From assembly GCA_965223265.1 (NCBI GenBank), contig OZ244999.1, positions 7,424,001 to 7,488,000 of the forward strand: 64,000 nucleotides of DNA. Reading direction: 5' to 3'. The notes under the pieces were generated by a model. It ran no database searches. It had not been told where the DNA came from and saw only the letters and a program-made list of their open reading frames with translations. The DNA comes from Planctomycetota bacterium. Its GTDB lineage: Bacteria; Planctomycetota; UBA8108; SXIK01. Positions 1 to 10,900 of the stretch are shown here, piece after piece. The position numbers and the translations under genes are program-made. Positions within the stretch are counted from its first letter, which is position 1; each line of letters begins with the position of its first letter.

Positions 1-88
1 CGTGCTGCTCTTGTTCGCCTGGGCTTTTCGTCCTCGAGACGCAGACGCGCCGACCGACGCTTCGACGCAACCTTAGGAACTCCTTTCG

Positions 89-1204
89 ATGCCCCTGATT
101 AGAGACTACGAAGCAACGTGGGAACTCTACGAAACCTGCGCCAAGGCCAATCTTGTCATGGCGCGCATCGGATACAGCGACCAGGATCAGATCCAAGCCA
201 TCGTGCGCGGCGCGGCGCGCTTTGCCGCCGACCACGCGATCAAGAGTCTGCCGATCGGCATCTTCGCGACCGTGGGGCATTACATCATGCAGCAGCTCCC
301 TCGCTACCTCATGGCCGATCACGTGCTCCCTTCGGTCGGCGGGGACCCCGTCGAATATCGTCGCCGTCTCTTTCGCAACGTTCGCTTGTCGACGAACTTC
401 ATGGAGATCCTCACCGACCCGGCCGATAGCGACTTCGGCTCGGTCTACGTCACCCATCACTACGACCATGGCCACCACACCCTGCCTGGCGGCAAGAGGT
501 CGCAAAACGAACTTCTGCGTGACACCGAGTTCATCGCTCACTTTTCGAGCGTCATGTTCGACGACACGCACTCTCCATTCGAGGCAAACCTGGAGAACTC
601 TCTCGACTACAAGCGCTTCCTCGATGAAAACGGCAGCCGCAAGGTACTCGAGGGCTGCCTCGAGGAAGTCGGCGCTGCCGGTCTCGGTAAGAGTGGAACG
701 GCCTTCACCGACCCGACTCAAATCGAGACCTACCTCGAAAAGACAGGGTTCGAGCTCGTCGTCCCCAACATCGGCACCGAGTCAATTCACGCCAAACCCG
801 TCGGTGTGCAGTGGGACATCCTCGAAGAGCTGACACGGCGTGGCGTCGGCCACCATTTGATCGTGCACGGATTCTCTTCAATTCGCACCCTCGACGCCGC
901 ACAGCAGCAGCGACTCGGAGAGCTCGGAGTCGTCGGCATGAACGCATGGAGCTATATTCCACAAACCGTCGGCCGACGACTCTTGGAGCGCGCAGAACTC
1001 ATCCGCAAGCACCACGATGATGCGAAAGGGTTTCCCGTCGACTTTGACGCTGATGGCCAGCCCAAGTATGAGCCATCAGACGATGCAAACGTCTTTTTCG
1101 GGCCACTTCTCGACCAGGTGCGTGACTTGAAAATCAAGCTCATCGCGGCGGGGGTCTACGATATTCTCGAAAACCTCGGCTACGCGCGACTCGGAAACAT
1201 ATAG
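89..1204 (+). CDS. Divergent class II fructose/tagatose-bisphosphate aldolase family protein
   Basis: Class II aldolase motifs in the expected order: HYDHG (HxDH), SVMFDDTH..FEAN, LEGCLEEVG, FTDP...EKTG, NIGT, VHG. AGGA RBS upstream. Confidence 0.65.
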   Translation: MPLIRDYEATWELYETCAKANLVMARIGYSDQDQIQAIVRGAARFAADHAIKSLPIGIFATVGHYIMQQLPRYLMADHVLPSVGGDPVEYRRRLFRNVRLSTNFMEILTDPADSDFGSVYVTHHYDHGHHTLPGGKRSQNELLRDTEFIAHFSSVMFDDTHSPFEANLENSLDYKRFLDENGSRKVLEGCLEEVGAAGLGKSGTAFTDPTQIETYLEKTGFELVVPNIGTESIHAKPVGVQWDILEELTRRGVGHHLIVHGFSSIRTLDAAQQQRLGELGVVGMNAWSYIPQTVGRRLLERAELIRKHHDDAKGFPVDFDADGQPKYEPSDDANVFFGPLLDQVRDLKIKLIAAGVYDILENLGYARLGNI

Positions 1205-1208
1205 CTCC

Positions 1209-2201
1209 TCACTCGTCGACAAGTTCGATCGTCACATCGAGTCGCTTTGCCAACAGTCGCAGCAGCGGGTGAAACGTGTAGTCGTCGAGCGCAAAGGCAC
1301 GGGCGTAGTTCGCAATCGCACGGCACCGATCTCCGGCGCCAGTTGCCGCAAGAGCACGCAGATAGTGGAGCCACGATTCCGCGGCGACCGCGTCCCCAAG
1401 TTTTTCGAGCACCGACGTCGCCTTTCCGTCGCGTCCGCGCACCATCAGGCTAAACGCGGCCAGTAGTTCCAAACGCGGTGTGCGCCACGTCTCGTCTGCT
1501 CCTTTGAAGCCATGCAGCTGCTCGACACGAGCATGCTCGCCGGCGAAGAATGCTGCATCGACGGCCGTCTGCCACTCCGCCTTCGACGCGGGATCCGGCG
1601 ACACGGACTTGGCCGAAGACGGTGCAGAATCGCTCGCTGTCTTGGCCGCCGCTGCTGAAGCGGCCGCATCGTCGCCGCGGATCTCCGCTTCCAGATCGGG
1701 GGCGGAGAGAAAACGGAAGTGGACGTCCAAGGCGGCGCTGCGTCCACCAGCGCTATGAAGCCGCGCGTCGAACAGCGCCAGGATGCGACCGACCGCCGAC
1801 GCGTTCCAGTAGGTACCGCGCGACACCTTAAGGCTGGTCGCCGCAGCGGTGGTCTCGAACTCAATCAGCTGAGCCAACGTCTCGCCGAGCGGGTTGCGCG
1901 CGGCGACAACACCTTCCAGCGCCTCCCGGGCGTCGACGAGCCGTCCGACGTCGTAGAGGATCAGAGCACGGAACAGATCCGTGACTCGCTCGTTGCCTTT
2001 AGATCCAACCCGCTCGAGTGCTTCGAGCGCGTCGTCGGTTCGCCCGAGCTCAGCGTAGGCGCGGGCCAGAGGGTAGAGCGCTTCGACGGAGTCGGACCTG
2101 CGCTGAAGAGCTGATTCGAAAAGCTCACGAGCACGCTGAGGATGGCCGTGAAGTAATGCTGTGTGGCCGCGTTTCACTGCCTTTTCAGCTGCAAACCACA
2201 T
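1209..2201 (-). CDS. Tetratricopeptide-repeat protein
   Basis: TPR-like helical repeats (ALYPLARAYAELGRTDDALEALE; WLHYLRALAATGAGD...YARAFALD). Confidence 0.65.
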   Translation of the reverse strand: MWFAAEKAVKRGHTALLHGHPQRARELFESALQRRSDSVEALYPLARAYAELGRTDDALEALERVGSKGNERVTDLFRALILYDVGRLVDAREALEGVVAARNPLGETLAQLIEFETTAAATSLKVSRGTYWNASAVGRILALFDARLHSAGGRSAALDVHFRFLSAPDLEAEIRGDDAAASAAAAKTASDSAPSSAKSVSPDPASKAEWQTAVDAAFFAGEHARVEQLHGFKGADETWRTPRLELLAAFSLMVRGRDGKATSVLEKLGDAVAAESWLHYLRALAATGAGDRCRAIANYARAFALDDYTFHPLLRLLAKRLDVTIELVDE

Positions 2202-2351
2202 CAGGATCTTCCAACCACGTCGTTCTCTTCAACTTCAACGGCTGTCAACTCAAGCCACACTCGATGATATCGGTCGCCTTCTTCCAGGGCTGGAAGAAAT
2301 CGCGCTAAGAATCACCGCACTCTATTGCATGCTCGTATCTTGGCCACGGGA

Positions 2352-3332
2352 CTACGGTCGTATCACCGACTCGCCCGACCAGGCCTCATAGACACGGATA
2401 ACGTCCTCTCGATCGACGAATTCCCGGTAAGCCAGTCGCATCTCGAACGAGAATTCCCGGTCCTTCTGGTAGCGACGTTGAAGCAGAACAAAATCCCAGG
2501 CAGGATTGCGACCGCCACCGCCCGTCGGCGACTGCGCGAATCGAACTTCGCCGCCGCGCGCCGGCTGCTTGAACATGAAGATGACCGCCTTGCCGTGAAA
2601 TAGCCCGTAGTAGAACGGGTAGACGTAGTCGTAGTTCGAGCGGCCCGTGACGAGCGTGAGCGGCATACCCTCGTCGTGAGCGAGATCGCGTCCGCCCTGA
2701 TGGGCGTGGGAAGCAAGTTCCCCGTGCCGCGGCGAATGATGGTTGATCCAGCGCGGTTTGGCGTCCTGTTGACCGCGGCGAGTCGCGATGAAATGAATGC
2801 CGCGATTCTTCGGCGACTGAATGTAGGAGGCGAAGAAAAGTCCGATGTAGCCGTGCTTCTGCCAGGCATCCCCGCGCGGTGTGCAGCGTACCGTTAAGTC
2901 GATCGCATCGGGTGCAGCTACCGTGTAGAGGAGCGTCGTCTCTAGCGGCCAATGCTGCGTCCGTTCTTGATGCAGCTCGACGCTATACTCTCCGAACCGC
3001 CGCAACTTCATGGGGCTGCGGCGAGGCTCAAAGATGTCCCAGCCGTAGCTCGAAGCGTTGCCGCTGAAGATGTGCTCGAAATTAAGACCTGAGTAACTCG
3101 GTACGAAAACACTACGTCCCTCTGGTCCGACACTGAGCTCGGCGACGCCGCTGTAGCCACGTCGATGGGATGGCGCGTAGGCGCCGTTATCAACGATCAC
3201 AACGCGCAAGTCACCGCGACGTAGCGTCAAAAGCTTCGCTGCTTCATCCTCGGCCGCAAGCGCGATCGATGCCAGAACGCCTGCGAAGACGCACGCCGCG
3301 TCGACGCCGAAAAACTTCACTCGTCGCCGCAT
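2352..3332 (-). CDS. Secreted hypothetical protein, possibly galactose-mutarotase-like beta-sandwich
   Basis: 326-aa ORF with an N-terminal signal-like segment (ALA-A) and an aromatic, beta-rich body. Confidence 0.55.
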   Translation of the reverse strand: MRRRVKFFGVDAACVFAGVLASIALAAEDEAAKLLTLRRGDLRVVIVDNGAYAPSHRRGYSGVAELSVGPEGRSVFVPSYSGLNFEHIFSGNASSYGWDIFEPRRSPMKLRRFGEYSVELHQERTQHWPLETTLLYTVAAPDAIDLTVRCTPRGDAWQKHGYIGLFFASYIQSPKNRGIHFIATRRGQQDAKPRWINHHSPRHGELASHAHQGGRDLAHDEGMPLTLVTGRSNYDYVYPFYYGLFHGKAVIFMFKQPARGGEVRFAQSPTGGGGRNPAWDFVLLQRRYQKDREFSFEMRLAYREFVDREDVIRVYEAWSGESVIRP

Positions 3333-3727
3333 ATACGCTCCTTCTCACTCGGTTCGAGATCAACTCCACGCGCGCATCGGTGACGTGCAGAAGCACTCCT
3401 TGCGTCGCGGCAACTCGAGACAGTCGACAAGCCCCGATGCGGAATGATCGCTCGAAAAGAGTCGGCTTACGCGCGCATCCGCGTTCGATTCTTCACGTCG
3501 CAAAGCTACGCCGCACGCCACACTTGTGACGTTCGTTCGGACGAAATGCACGCTCAAAAACGGGGAGCTTTCATGGTCGCGTTGCCTCAGGCGAGGATCA
3601 ACAAAAACCCGCCGCCACGCCGCCGCGGCTCCTCGCACCCACCCCTGCGGCCATAGATGTCGCCGGGGGAGATCGAGCTGGGAGCTCGAAAACCCTAAAA
3701 AATAAGGGGAAAAAGTGGCTTCAACGC

Positions 3728-3757
3728 TTGACTCTGCGCCCCCGAACGCATTAATTA
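3728..3757 (+). promoter_or_regulatory. Putative sigma70-type promoter for the HU gene
   Basis: TTGACT at 3728, then a 16-18-nt spacer to AT-rich ATTAATTA in a GC-rich background. Confidence 0.3.
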
Positions 3758-3829
3758 TCAAACCCAATTATCGGCCCCCCAACGGAGGGGGAATGAGGAG
3801 TCACTGCCCTGAAGAGAAAAGGAGTTCTC

Positions 3830-4156
3830 ATGGCAAAGGCAAAGACCGCTGCTGCGAAACCACCCACCAAGTCCGAGATTCAGTCCCAGATCGCTGATTC
3901 GACCGGGCTGACCAAGAAGGAGGTTTCGTCGGTGTTCGACGCTCTGGCGGAAGTGATCGGTAAGAACCTGGGCCGCCGCGGCCCCAAGGTCTTTACGATC
4001 CCAGGCCTGGTAAAGTTCAAAGTGATCCACAAAAAGGCCACCAAGGCCCGCAAGGGGATCAACCCGTTCACCGGTGAGGAGACGATGTTTAAGGCCAAGC
4101 CAGCACGCAACGTCGTCAAGGCTCAGCCTCTCAAAGCTGTGAAGGATATGGTTTAA
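3830..4156 (+). CDS. HU-family histone-like DNA-binding protein
   Basis: TKSEI..IADSTGLTKKEV..VFDAL, FTIPGLVKF, KARKGINPFTGE..FKAKPA. AAGGAG RBS. Confidence 0.9.
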   Translation: MAKAKTAAAKPPTKSEIQSQIADSTGLTKKEVSSVFDALAEVIGKNLGRRGPKVFTIPGLVKFKVIHKKATKARKGINPFTGEETMFKAKPARNVVKAQPLKAVKDMV

Positions 4157-4637
4157 CGCCCCTGTTCTTCACGCAAGGTTGCCGGCGAGGAATCCGCAGT
4201 TAACAGCCCCCTTTGGTGCGGGGGTGCTGACGAACGCGGTTCCTCTGTCCCCGCCTTGGAAGAACGTAAACTCTTCCGCACTCGCGGGAGAGGAGCAACT
4301 TGCTCAGAGGTGCTATTCGGACAGGTTCACCTGTCCGTCGCGAGACGTGCTGTGGCGCTCAGGCTGCTACGGTCAAACGCCGTTGCTTATTCGATCATTC
4401 GAGCAATCGGCATTGACCTCAAGCTGCCGCCGACCGGGTGTCACAGCGCGCCTCACCCCGAGGAGGATGATCGTCTGCTAGGCGATCCGTCGCACTGGCC
4501 GCGGGATCGGTGGGGTCCCACGTGCGGCTTGACACGTGCGTGCAGGATGTCGAGTTACCGGCCGACCGGTTAGCCGAACTTGCCGCTGCAACGTACCCTT
4601 ATCTGGACTAACGACGGATTCCCATCAGGGCAGAAAC

Positions 4638-6191
4638 ATGATCCGACTCCAAGGACTCAAGGGCTGCTGCGAAGGTGACGCCTTCCAGTTCGATGTCGAC
4701 GAGATTACGCTCGGGCGTAGTTCGACATGCGACGTCGTCGTCGACGATGCGAGTTGTTCGCGTCAGCACGCGACCATCCGCCGCAGCGAATCAGAGTATC
4801 GGATCAGCGACCTTGGGAGCACGAATGGAATCAAGGTCAACGGGGCCAAGGTCGAAGAGGCGTCACTCAACTACGGCGATCGATTCTCGATCGGACGCAA
4901 TCTCTTCATCTTTCTCGCCAACATTCCTACCGACGAAGACGACGACTCCGATCTCGGGGTTGAAGACTTAATTGAAGTCGAGGCGGCGGAGAATCGCCTG
5001 ACGAAAAACCTCACCGGACTGACGCAAGTCATCTCGGTGGGGAACGCACCATCGGTGTCAGCAGCAGAGCTAGAGATGCTGCAGAAAACTCACCAACAGA
5101 TGCACTTCGTCTATCGAGTCAGCCGTGCACTCAACAGCACACTAGACCGCGACGAACTCCTGGCCCTCGTCTGCGACTACATCTTCGAAGAGTTCGCGAA
5201 CGTAGAACGGGTGTCAATCTTCCTGGCGTCGCCTACCGACCCATCAAGGTTGTCGGAGTGCAGCTGCGTCTCGAGAGGGAAACGCCCGTCACGCCCCGTC
5301 AGCCGGGCCGTTCTCGACCGGGTCAAGAGAGAGCGAGCCGGAATCCTCGCCGGCAACGCTGCAGACGACGAACGATTCGCCACCTCGGACAGCATCCATC
5401 GATTGGACCTGCGGGCGCTCATGTGCGTGCCACTGTTGATCGGAGCGAAGTTTCTCGGCGCCATCTACGCGGAGAACTGTTCGAAAATTCACTGCTTCGT
5501 CAAATCAGAGCTGGAGCTCTTCACGGTCCTCGCCAACCAGGCCGCTGCCGCGATCGGTAACGCCCTCCTCTACGAGGAAATCCAAGTTTCGTTCTTCGAG
5601 ACCGTCCGCAGTCTCGGAAACGCGCTCGAGGCCAAGGACAAGTACACTCGCGGTCACAGTGAGCGCGTCGCGCGCTTTGCTGTGGGCATCGGTCACCACC
5701 TCGGTTACGACCAAAAACGTCTACAGACTTTACAGGTCGCTGCTGAACTCCATGACATCGGCAAGATCGCGATCGACGAAAGCATCATAGGGAAGGACGG
5801 CAAACTCACCGACGCCGAGTTCGATGTTATGAAGAAGCATCCAGAACTAGGCGTTGAGATCTTGCGACCTATTCGCTTCCTCAAGGACGCTCTGCCGATC
5901 ATCTTGCACCACCACGAGCGTTTCAACGGGAAGGGATATCCCGAAGGCCTCACGGGAGACGAGATTCCTGAGGAAGCCCGCGTTCTCAACCTCGCGGACG
6001 CCTTCGATGCGATGACGACCAAACGCCCCTACAACACACCTGCGACCATGGCGGAAGCAATCGCGCGCTGCAATTCAGAAGCAGGTGACAGCTTCGACCC
6101 ACGGTGCGTCGATGCGTTCGTTCGCTTCCTCGACGGCGAAGAGGAAACGACGATTCTCCGAGGTTCGGTCAAGCTGGCGCACGAGACATAA
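4638..6191 (+). CDS. FHA-GAF-HD-GYP protein (putative c-di-GMP phosphodiesterase)
   Basis: FHA (GRS...SRQHA...DLGSTNG), a GAF region, and HD-GYP motifs (YTRGHSERV, HDIGK, HHERFNGKGYP). Start moved to ATG 4638, where the FHA domain begins. Confidence 0.9.
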   Translation: MIRLQGLKGCCEGDAFQFDVDEITLGRSSTCDVVVDDASCSRQHATIRRSESEYRISDLGSTNGIKVNGAKVEEASLNYGDRFSIGRNLFIFLANIPTDEDDDSDLGVEDLIEVEAAENRLTKNLTGLTQVISVGNAPSVSAAELEMLQKTHQQMHFVYRVSRALNSTLDRDELLALVCDYIFEEFANVERVSIFLASPTDPSRLSECSCVSRGKRPSRPVSRAVLDRVKRERAGILAGNAADDERFATSDSIHRLDLRALMCVPLLIGAKFLGAIYAENCSKIHCFVKSELELFTVLANQAAAAIGNALLYEEIQVSFFETVRSLGNALEAKDKYTRGHSERVARFAVGIGHHLGYDQKRLQTLQVAAELHDIGKIAIDESIIGKDGKLTDAEFDVMKKHPELGVEILRPIRFLKDALPIILHHHERFNGKGYPEGLTGDEIPEEARVLNLADAFDAMTTKRPYNTPATMAEAIARCNSEAGDSFDPRCVDAFVRFLDGEEETTILRGSVKLAHET

Positions 6192-6265
6192 CCTCGAAAG
6201 GGCCAACAAGACCGGCAACCTGAGGCGCCGACTCGAGTCGCGGGGGGCGCTAGCAGGCTGACATG

Positions 6266-6664
6266 TCAGTCAGTCGTCGTCGGTAGACCGCGCCGTACCC
6301 AACCTGGAAAAGTCACGTTCCCCGCCTGATCCAGCTCAGCGTCGTAACCGCCGCGCATGTCGACGACGTTCGAATAGCCCTCGTGCTGCAGCGCCTGTAC
6401 CGCCTTCATTGAGCGCCCGCCGCGCAGACAACCCACGATTAACTTTGAATCCACAGGAAACTGAGCCTTCATCGCATCAAGAAAGCCCGGGTTCGGCACG
6501 AGACCGGGTCCGTTCGGATTGCGATCAAGGAGCGGGACATTCACCGCTCCCGGCACATGACCCGCGGCGAATTCCTCTTGTGATCGGACGTCAACATAGT
6601 GATAGCCCTCGCCTGTCTCGAGGAGCCGCTGAGCTTCTTCCGGATCGATGCGTTCGACTTGCAT
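6266..6664 (-). CDS. Rhodanese-like domain protein
   Basis: DVRSQEEFAAGHVPGAVNVP, active loop CLRGGRS, DMRGG. Start probably ATG 6664. Confidence 0.9.
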   Translation of the reverse strand: MQVERIDPEEAQRLLETGEGYHYVDVRSQEEFAAGHVPGAVNVPLLDRNPNGPGLVPNPGFLDAMKAQFPVDSKLIVGCLRGGRSMKAVQALQHEGYSNVVDMRGGYDAELDQAGNVTFPGWVRRGLPTTTD

Positions 6665-6804
6665 GAGTGATTCCGTGGGAGTTGCGTTCGATTGACCGTT
6701 CAATGAACCGGGGGAAAAAGATTACCGAAAAAACAGGGGAAACGCGACGATCGCAACTGACATTCTTCGCCGTTGCTGCGTACCAATCTCGCGGCTGAGG
6801 TTCA

Positions 6805-7941
6805 CTAGCGCTGGTAAATCGGCAGATATCGATACTCGACGGCGAGAGCAAGAATCGCCAGCGACGTTGTATACGCGTATCCAGCTTCGCGTTCGTGAAC
6901 CCCTGGCGGCAACCTCCAACTACCATCTGGTAGCTGCTTTTCCAGCAGCAACGGTTGAACACGCCGCTGCCAGTCCTTCCAGAACGAGCCGCCGAGTTGA
7001 TACATCGCCTGCTGTGTATAGTACGCACTGTAATAGAAAAAGGGGGTCTTAAACTGCAGCGGATTCTTCAGTAGCCAGTCGCCTGCTCGGAGGGAGGCTT
7101 CACTGCGAAACTCGCCGCAGAGTTCGAGGGCAAGGATCCCGGTGCCGCTCATCGCTGGGTTCGGCTTCTTTCCCTGCAGTGGATCGTACACAAATCCGCC
7201 TGACGGGATCGCACAGCGCTGCACATAGGCGATAGCGTTTTGAATGCTCGACGCCGGCACCTCGACACCCGCGTCCTGTGCGGCTCTGAGCGCAAGGATT
7301 TGCCATCCGGTCACCGATAGATCAGCCTGGTCTGTCGTCGGTGTATAGCGCCAGCCGCCGGTGTAGGCAGGATCCTTCGGCAGACTCTGAGCCTTGAGAA
7401 TGACTTCGACCGCGTCGGTGTGGACACGCCTGAGCAGCTCGAAGCCTGGGCGGTCTTCGGGGATCAGACCGACCACTTCGCCAAGCACGAGTGTGGCGAT
7501 GCCGTGTTCGTACATCGGCCCGTGAGACGTGTCTTGCTCGCGGATCAACATGCCCTGATGTCGACTTTGAAGGAGGAATCGGATCGAACCGGCGATCGTC
7601 TCGCCATAGGGTCCGCGCAGCGGTTCGTGACCGGCAGCAAGAAACGCCAAGGTCGCAAGGCCGACGATCCCGGTGTTCTTTCCTTCTTCGCCGTAGTTAG
7701 AAAGCCAACTGCCGTCGGGTAGTTGAGCGCCTCTGAGATAGGCGAGGCCGCGGTCGATCGCCGCGGAAGTCGGTGACGGTTGATAGACCTCCTTCGGGTC
7801 GATCACTTCGGCGGATTCGCCCTCCGAAGCTCGCGGATCTTGGCAGTATAGGTCCGGCGCCAGTCGAGATGCCAACGTCACGCTCGTGATCAGTAGAACG
7901 GACCACCTGACGGCGGGGCGGCTCTTCGCTGGCTCGTGCAT
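6805..7941 (-). CDS. Prenyltransferase/squalene-oxidase repeat (alpha/alpha-barrel) protein, exported
   Basis: QW-like repeats (AQLPDGSW, GGWRY, QLPDGSW), DLSVTGWQILALRAA, and a C-terminal YLPIYQR typical of planctomycete homologues in moxR/VWA clusters. Confidence 0.8.
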   Translation of the reverse strand: MHEPAKSRPAVRWSVLLITSVTLASRLAPDLYCQDPRASEGESAEVIDPKEVYQPSPTSAAIDRGLAYLRGAQLPDGSWLSNYGEEGKNTGIVGLATLAFLAAGHEPLRGPYGETIAGSIRFLLQSRHQGMLIREQDTSHGPMYEHGIATLVLGEVVGLIPEDRPGFELLRRVHTDAVEVILKAQSLPKDPAYTGGWRYTPTTDQADLSVTGWQILALRAAQDAGVEVPASSIQNAIAYVQRCAIPSGGFVYDPLQGKKPNPAMSGTGILALELCGEFRSEASLRAGDWLLKNPLQFKTPFFYYSAYYTQQAMYQLGGSFWKDWQRRVQPLLLEKQLPDGSWRLPPGVHEREAGYAYTTSLAILALAVEYRYLPIYQR

Positions 7942-7980
7942 GATTCTCTTGGTCTCAACGTGGCGAGTCCATGAACGCGA

Positions 7981-10900
7981 TCATGGACGGAGTTTAGCGA
8001 CCGCCTCCAAGTAAGCTCGAACCAACTCACGGAACCGCGTCGGGTAAGCCAGATCAGCGTACACCCCGCGAGCGCGAAACCGAACGGTCTGATCGCTTGC
8101 TTCACCGCGGGTCTGAGCTGCCCAGAGACGATCGTCAACGGCGGCGTCAAATGTGGTTGGATCGAATAGCTGGACTTGAGCCTGGGCTCGGACCGCTTGT
8201 GCTGCCTCTGCAAGTGAGCGCACGGCGCGCTCCTGCGCCGCTCTCGCCTCGCTCGTACGACCCGACTGCAGCGATCTCGCCGCAGCCGCCATCGCCGCGC
8301 GGGATTCCTCCAGCGCCTGACGCCCGTTCCCTGGCCGCCCGCCCTCTTCGGCACGAGACAGTGCGGCGAGCGCGCCGCTTTCTATGGCCTCGAGCGTTTT
8401 CATCAGAGCCTCGAGAGCGGTATCGACCGCCTGAAACTGCTCATCGAGTTCGTCCACCGCCAGTCGCCCGCTGGACGCCGCAGCGGTGTGTAGGGTCGAC
8501 TCCGCGTCAACCTGGGTTTTCCGAAGCCGCCGCGTCGCGCCGTGGGCCTGCAGGTAGGGTGCCGCCACCTGCGGCAGCGCGGCAGCAAGACGAAAACCGT
8601 GGCGCGTCAGCCGTAAAGCTATCTCGTCGCCTTGCGACTTGAGGAGCCTCTGCAGCTCCGCGCCACGCCGTAGTTCGCTCAACGCAGTCGCGCTCAATTT
8701 CTCCGCCCCCCAGTCATGACTCGCGAGCTCCCGATGCAGGCCCGTCTGAGCGCCGCGAAGCTCTGCCACGTCGCTTTGGATTTCCGTCAGGCGAACGACA
8801 AGTTCAGAGAGCTCCTCAAGCGATGGCATCTGCGATTCCAGCCGCTCGAGAATTTCCTCCTGCTGCTTCCTGAGTGCGTCGAGCGACTCCGCGGAGGCGT
8901 CACCTTGCGCTTCCAGGTCGGCAAGCAGGTCGCTGATGCGACGCTCCAACTCTTGGATCTCTTGCAGGCGCGCAATGCGTGCCGCGAGCTCTTCCGCCAA
9001 CTTGTCGCGCTCGTCCACGGTGTCTTGATCTGCCGCGTCCTCGTCGCCGTCCGGCAGCGCGCTGTCATCCTGGCCTTCACCCGCGGGAGACGACGCCTCG
9101 CCAAGACTCGCAAGCGCGGCGTCAAGCTGGCGACGTCCGGCCTCAAACGCGCCCACCGCAGCTTGGCGATCGCCCGCCTCTCCAGCAGCGACCGCGTGCA
9201 AGAAGTGCCCCTTCGCGGCCTCGAGCGATTCGACGACGGCAGCGAGGAAAGTTCGCTGCACACTCCTGGCTCGAAGCTCAGGAATCGCCGAACTCAATCG
9301 TTCAGCTAAGCGTTTCGCCGCCGAGACGATCTCTTCCAAGGGCCATTCGGCGGCCGCGGCGTCGTGTCGCTCGCCAGACGCTTCCGCGTTCGCCGCGGCG
9401 ACATCAGCAACGCTCAGCGTCGCCGCAATAGCGTCCATGCGCTGACTCGCTTGCCGCGCGAACGCCGCAGCTTGTGCATAGAGGTCAGGGACGGACGCCG
9501 AAGCAGCCGCGATCGCCACCTCGAGTCGCCGCGATGCCGTGAGCAACTCGGAGTGTCGTAGACGCTCAAGCTGGGCTGAAGCCCTGGCGAGGAGTCGACG
9601 CTTTGTGGTCCCGGCGACAGTACTCGGTGAACCGATCTCGCTCTCGCCGTGGATGCGACGAGCGACAGCACCAACGTCGGCGCGGATCAGTTCGTGCTCG
9701 TAGAACAAACGCGACGCCGTTTCGCCGCCGCCCGGCGCTGCCGCGCGTGCATGAACTTCGATCTCCTCAGCATGCTTCGTCTCACGCGCAGCCAGTCTCC
9801 GGAGTCGGCTGGCTGCACTCATGCGCTGCGAGAGTAGCCATTCACGGGCTCGCAACGCGTCCGCAAGCCCGTGTCGACGCAGATGGCTCAAGCGGGCCGC
9901 GGCACGATCCATCGCCGACGCAGCGCGGCTGGCTGCAGCAACCGTACGCCTCTTTTCGGATTCGTCGCGATGCTGCGAACTCAGTGCGGCAGCAGCTTCA
10001 GTCGCCTCGTCCATCGATGTCCGCGCGACGTCGAGAGCGTCCTGGCTCTGCTGGCGAGCTGTGACAGCTACTTCGTCGTCGAGAGAAGCGATGACCCCCT
10101 TGGCCAAGAGACGTTCTGCGGCCGCCAGCGCCCGGCGCAGCTCATTCTGTGTCCGCGCCTGAAGCCGGAGCTCATGCTCCTTCCAAAGCGACGTCTCCCC
10201 AAGGCGCACCGCCAAGCGCTCCTCGTCCGCAACGATCTCATCGAGAAGACCAATGATGAGACCAAGCTGTCGCGACGGTGCGGTGTCGACGTACGCCTTG
10301 AGAAGAGTTGAGGCGCGTTCGGCCACGCGGTTCGTTTCGGCCGCATGGCGATGCGATTCCTGCTGCAGTTGCGCCAAGATCTCTGCAATCGCGGTCAACT
10401 CCGCAACCGTCTCGACGTCGCCTCGACGAAGGTCCTGTCGAAGCTCGATTTCAGCCTGCACCTCGACTAGCGCCGAGGCAATCGCCGCCGCGGTCACACC
10501 GCCCGACGTCTCACCCGGGGAACCGGCCGTTTCGGCGGAACCACCTCGACTCAGAGACGCGACCAGCGCGTCCAAGCGTCGTCGTACCCAATCCTCGGAC
10601 TCGCGTCGATCGTGAACGTCCGCAACGCGCGCTCGTGCTCGCACCTCAAGCTTGCTGAGATCGTCAAGGGCCCAACCAACCGCGCCCTCGATCTGGCGTA
10701 AGTGACTGACGTTGGCCGTGTCAGCGTCGGTCTCGGGCTCGCCGCTCGCCGGTGCCGCGTCTGGCAACACGATGTCTCGCACACGACGAAAGAGGGCCCC
10801 AGTCGATCCGGCCAGGGTTCCACCGACGGCGGAGAGGCGCTCAAGACCTTCGCCCCAGCGAGCGACCTCCTCCGCCATGTGTTGCAGACGCGCGGTCGTT

